A stretch of 24,000 nt of DNA, from the NCBI GenBank assembly GCA_021787335.1, contig JAJYMC010000062.1, positions 44,053-68,052 on the forward strand, read 5' to 3'. This document shows, piece by piece, positions 22,793 to 24,000 of the stretch. The position numbers and the translations under genes are program-made. The stretch comes from Bacillota bacterium. Lineage in GTDB: Bacteria; Bacillota; Sulfobacillia; JAJYWN01; JAJZPE01. Within the stretch, counting starts at the first letter, position 1, and each line of letters begins with the position of its first letter. Under the pieces are notes generated by a model that worked only from the letters and a program-made list of their open reading frames with translations, searched no databases and was not told where the DNA came from.

Positions 22793-22852
22793 AGTCAAAA
22801 AGTCAAATGGTCTTTTGACTATATAATAAACAGAAGTCCTAGGAAATGTCAA
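22793..22852 (-). promoter_or_regulatory. Promoter and operator of the metal-resistance operon
   Basis: On the minus strand, TTGACA (22847-22852) is followed by 18 nt and TATTAT (22823-22828). Just downstream is the inverted repeat AGTCAAA-N6-TTTGACT (22801-22820), plus an extra AGTCAAA half-site at 22793-22799. Confidence 0.6.
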
Positions 22853-23038
22853 TGAGGGAATCCACGGGTCCTGGAAACGTTCTGTGATTACGCTACCCCG
22901 AGTCGGTTGACGATAGGCTCATCCTCGCTTTGCAGGGCCTGGTACTCGGGTACACTGTCAGGTGGGGCCCTGACCTCCCCCGGGGGGGGATCGCTCTCGC
23001 TGTTCAGATTGGCCTTGCATTGGCCTCGGCTTCGATCA

Positions 23039-23434
23039 TCACTTCCTCCCTTTGGGGCGGCGCTCCCAAGCGATGGTCCGGCGCAGCGATTCAGCCAGCA
23101 CCACCGGCTCTCGGTAGCCCAACTCGGCTCGGATGCGCCGTGCGTCGGCGAAGAGATGTTGACCGAAATCATACTCCTTGCCCGCCTCCGCGGGAAGCTG
23201 CTCCCTGGGCTTGACGACGACCTCGCCCGTCCAACCGGCGGCCCGGCCGATGTTGAGGGCCCATTCCCACTCGGTAAACACTTCCGCATCGGCCACGTTG
23301 TACACCCGGCCGGCCGCCCGGGGGTCCGTGGCCGCCAGGGCGATGGCCTCGGCGACATTGTCGACGCAGCCGCGACCCGCCCGCCAGCCCGCCCTTTGTT
23401 CCTCCATGAGGATGGATGGTAGCCCTTCGTCCAT
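23039..23434 (-). pseudogene. C-terminal 131 codons of an NAD-dependent epimerase/dehydratase (SDR) gene; Rossmann-fold N-terminus missing
   Basis: GRVYNVAD..FTEWEWALNIGRAAGW..FADARRIRAELGY is typical of the C-terminal substrate domain of extended SDRs. No GxxGxxG region is present, and an in-frame TGA lies 30 nt upstream of the first Met, at the edge of the tnpB element. Confidence 0.7.
23055..23159. repeat. Diverged direct repeat, copy B (partner at 19041-19145)
   Basis: See copy A. Confidence 0.7.
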
Positions 23435-23497
23435 AGATCCGGGCGCAGGGGACTGCCGCCTTCAGTCGGCAGAGGAATGCGCCCCCTTTGACAGTTC

Positions 23498-23526
23498 TTG
23501 ACAACGAACACGTGTTCGGGTACAAT
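23498..23526 (+). promoter_or_regulatory. Near-consensus promoter upstream of tnpB
   Basis: TTGACA (23498-23503), 17 nt, TACAAT (23521-23526). A second TTGACA lies at 23488-23493. Confidence 0.6.
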
Positions 23527-23613
23527 GGGAATCGATGGCTCCGGATTACGCCGAAAATACGGCTGGTTCCGTCACGGGCGAAGCGGGCACAGTTCCAAGA
23601 AAGGGGTGGTGAC

Positions 23614-24000
23614 GTGGTGTTTAAGGCGTTCCAGTACCGTCTCTACCCAACCAAGGCACAGTCCGAAGCCCTGGCGGAGATGCTGGAGACCTGTCGCCGC
23701 TTATACAATCGTTCTCTGGCGGAGCGTCGGGACGCTTACGAACACGAAGGCAAGTCCTTGAACTACTATGACCAGGCCAACACCTTGAAGGACCAGCGGA
23801 AGCAGAACCCGTACCTCGCCAGAGTCAACTACTCCGCTACCCAAGACGTGCTCCGTCGGCTGGACAAAGCGTTCCAAGCGTTCTTCCGCCGAGTGAGAGC
23901 CAGTGAGAAGCCGGGTTACCCACGATTCAAGGCCAAGGGCCGCTACGACTCCATCACGTTCCCCGCCTACGGCGACGGCTGCCGGCTCAAGGACGGAAGG
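23614..24000 (+). CDS. tnpB: TnpB (RNA-guided endonuclease family, IS200/IS605 OrfB), N-terminal 129 codons only
   Basis: My translation is VVFKAFQYRLYPTKAQSEALAEMLETCRRLYNRSLAERRDAYEHEGKSLNYYDQANTLKDQRKQNPYLARVNYSATQDVLRRLDKAFQAFFRRV..KPGYPRFKAKGRYDSITF, the classic TnpB N-terminus. AAAGGGGTGG precedes GTG 23614. The frame is open to base 24000. It is not in the supplied ORF track. Confidence 0.9.
   Translation, partial: MVFKAFQYRLYPTKAQSEALAEMLETCRRLYNRSLAERRDAYEHEGKSLNYYDQANTLKDQRKQNPYLARVNYSATQDVLRRLDKAFQAFFRRVRASEKPGYPRFKAKGRYDSITFPAYGDGCRLKDGR

Larger units (their letters stand above)
23435..24000 (+). mobile_element. Left part of an IS200/IS605-family (tnpB-only, IS1341-like) element, continuing beyond the window
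   Basis: The tnpB gene starts about 180 nt from the point where epimerase homology stops. The subterminal hairpin CTGCCG/CGGCAG (23453-23458/23467-23472) fits the hairpin-bearing left ends of this family. No tnpA is seen. The exact boundary is not determinable here. Confidence 0.65.

Noticed and set aside
22888-23038. A segment between the ArsR promoter and the epimerase fragment with a GTCAGG/CCTGAC hairpin (22957-22974) and a C5G8 homopolymer palindrome (22977-22989). It could be a frameshifted small gene (MIEAEANARPI-stop, then ..DSVPEYQALQSEDEPIVNRLG).
   Set aside because: I recognise no domain. There is no continuous frame and no independent support. It is more likely a junction scar of the mosaic region.

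Overview
High-GC bacterial chromosomal segment. The GGAGG-type Shine-Dalgarno sites and an SLH-domain wall-anchor protein suggest a high-GC Firmicutes-like lineage (inference only). Most of it is ordinary transport and metabolism, read left to right. (1) The 3' part of an ABC-2 permease, a phosphoribosyltransferase, and an orphan DUF3800 gene in a lower-GC patch. (2) A small XRE regulator plus membrane protein, divergent from two consecutive ABC ATPase/ABC-2 permease pairs. (3) A minus-strand operon of two tandem paralogous MFS transporters and an APH-like kinase, divergent from a creatininase-family hydrolase. (4) A visibly lower-GC islet (about 12753-13700) with a small protein resembling the Barnase/EndoU/RelE-like 'PBECR' nuclease family. 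About 350 nt of non-coding, highly structured sequence follows it: a promoter-like element, two intrinsic terminators and a 10-bp long-range inverted repeat. I consider this the most unexplained part of the window. (5) An SLH-domain protein followed by an 821-aa lipoprotein with nine CxxCH heme-binding motifs, a putative surface multiheme cytochrome. (6) An M20 amidohydrolase and a nucleotidyltransferase-like gene. (7) A lower-GC metal-resistance cassette: ArsR/CadC-like repressor, a secreted protein of unknown function, a P1B-type ATPase lacking a canonical start codon, and a small membrane ORF absent from the ORF track. Two diverged 3' fragments of an epimerase-type gene bracket it. (8) The start of an IS200/IS605-family tnpB, absent from the supplied ORF track because it runs off the window. 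Many long ORFs in the track are antisense or out-of-frame artefacts of high GC. Several track ORFs have spurious N-terminal extensions, and I moved those starts using SD spacing and terminator positions.
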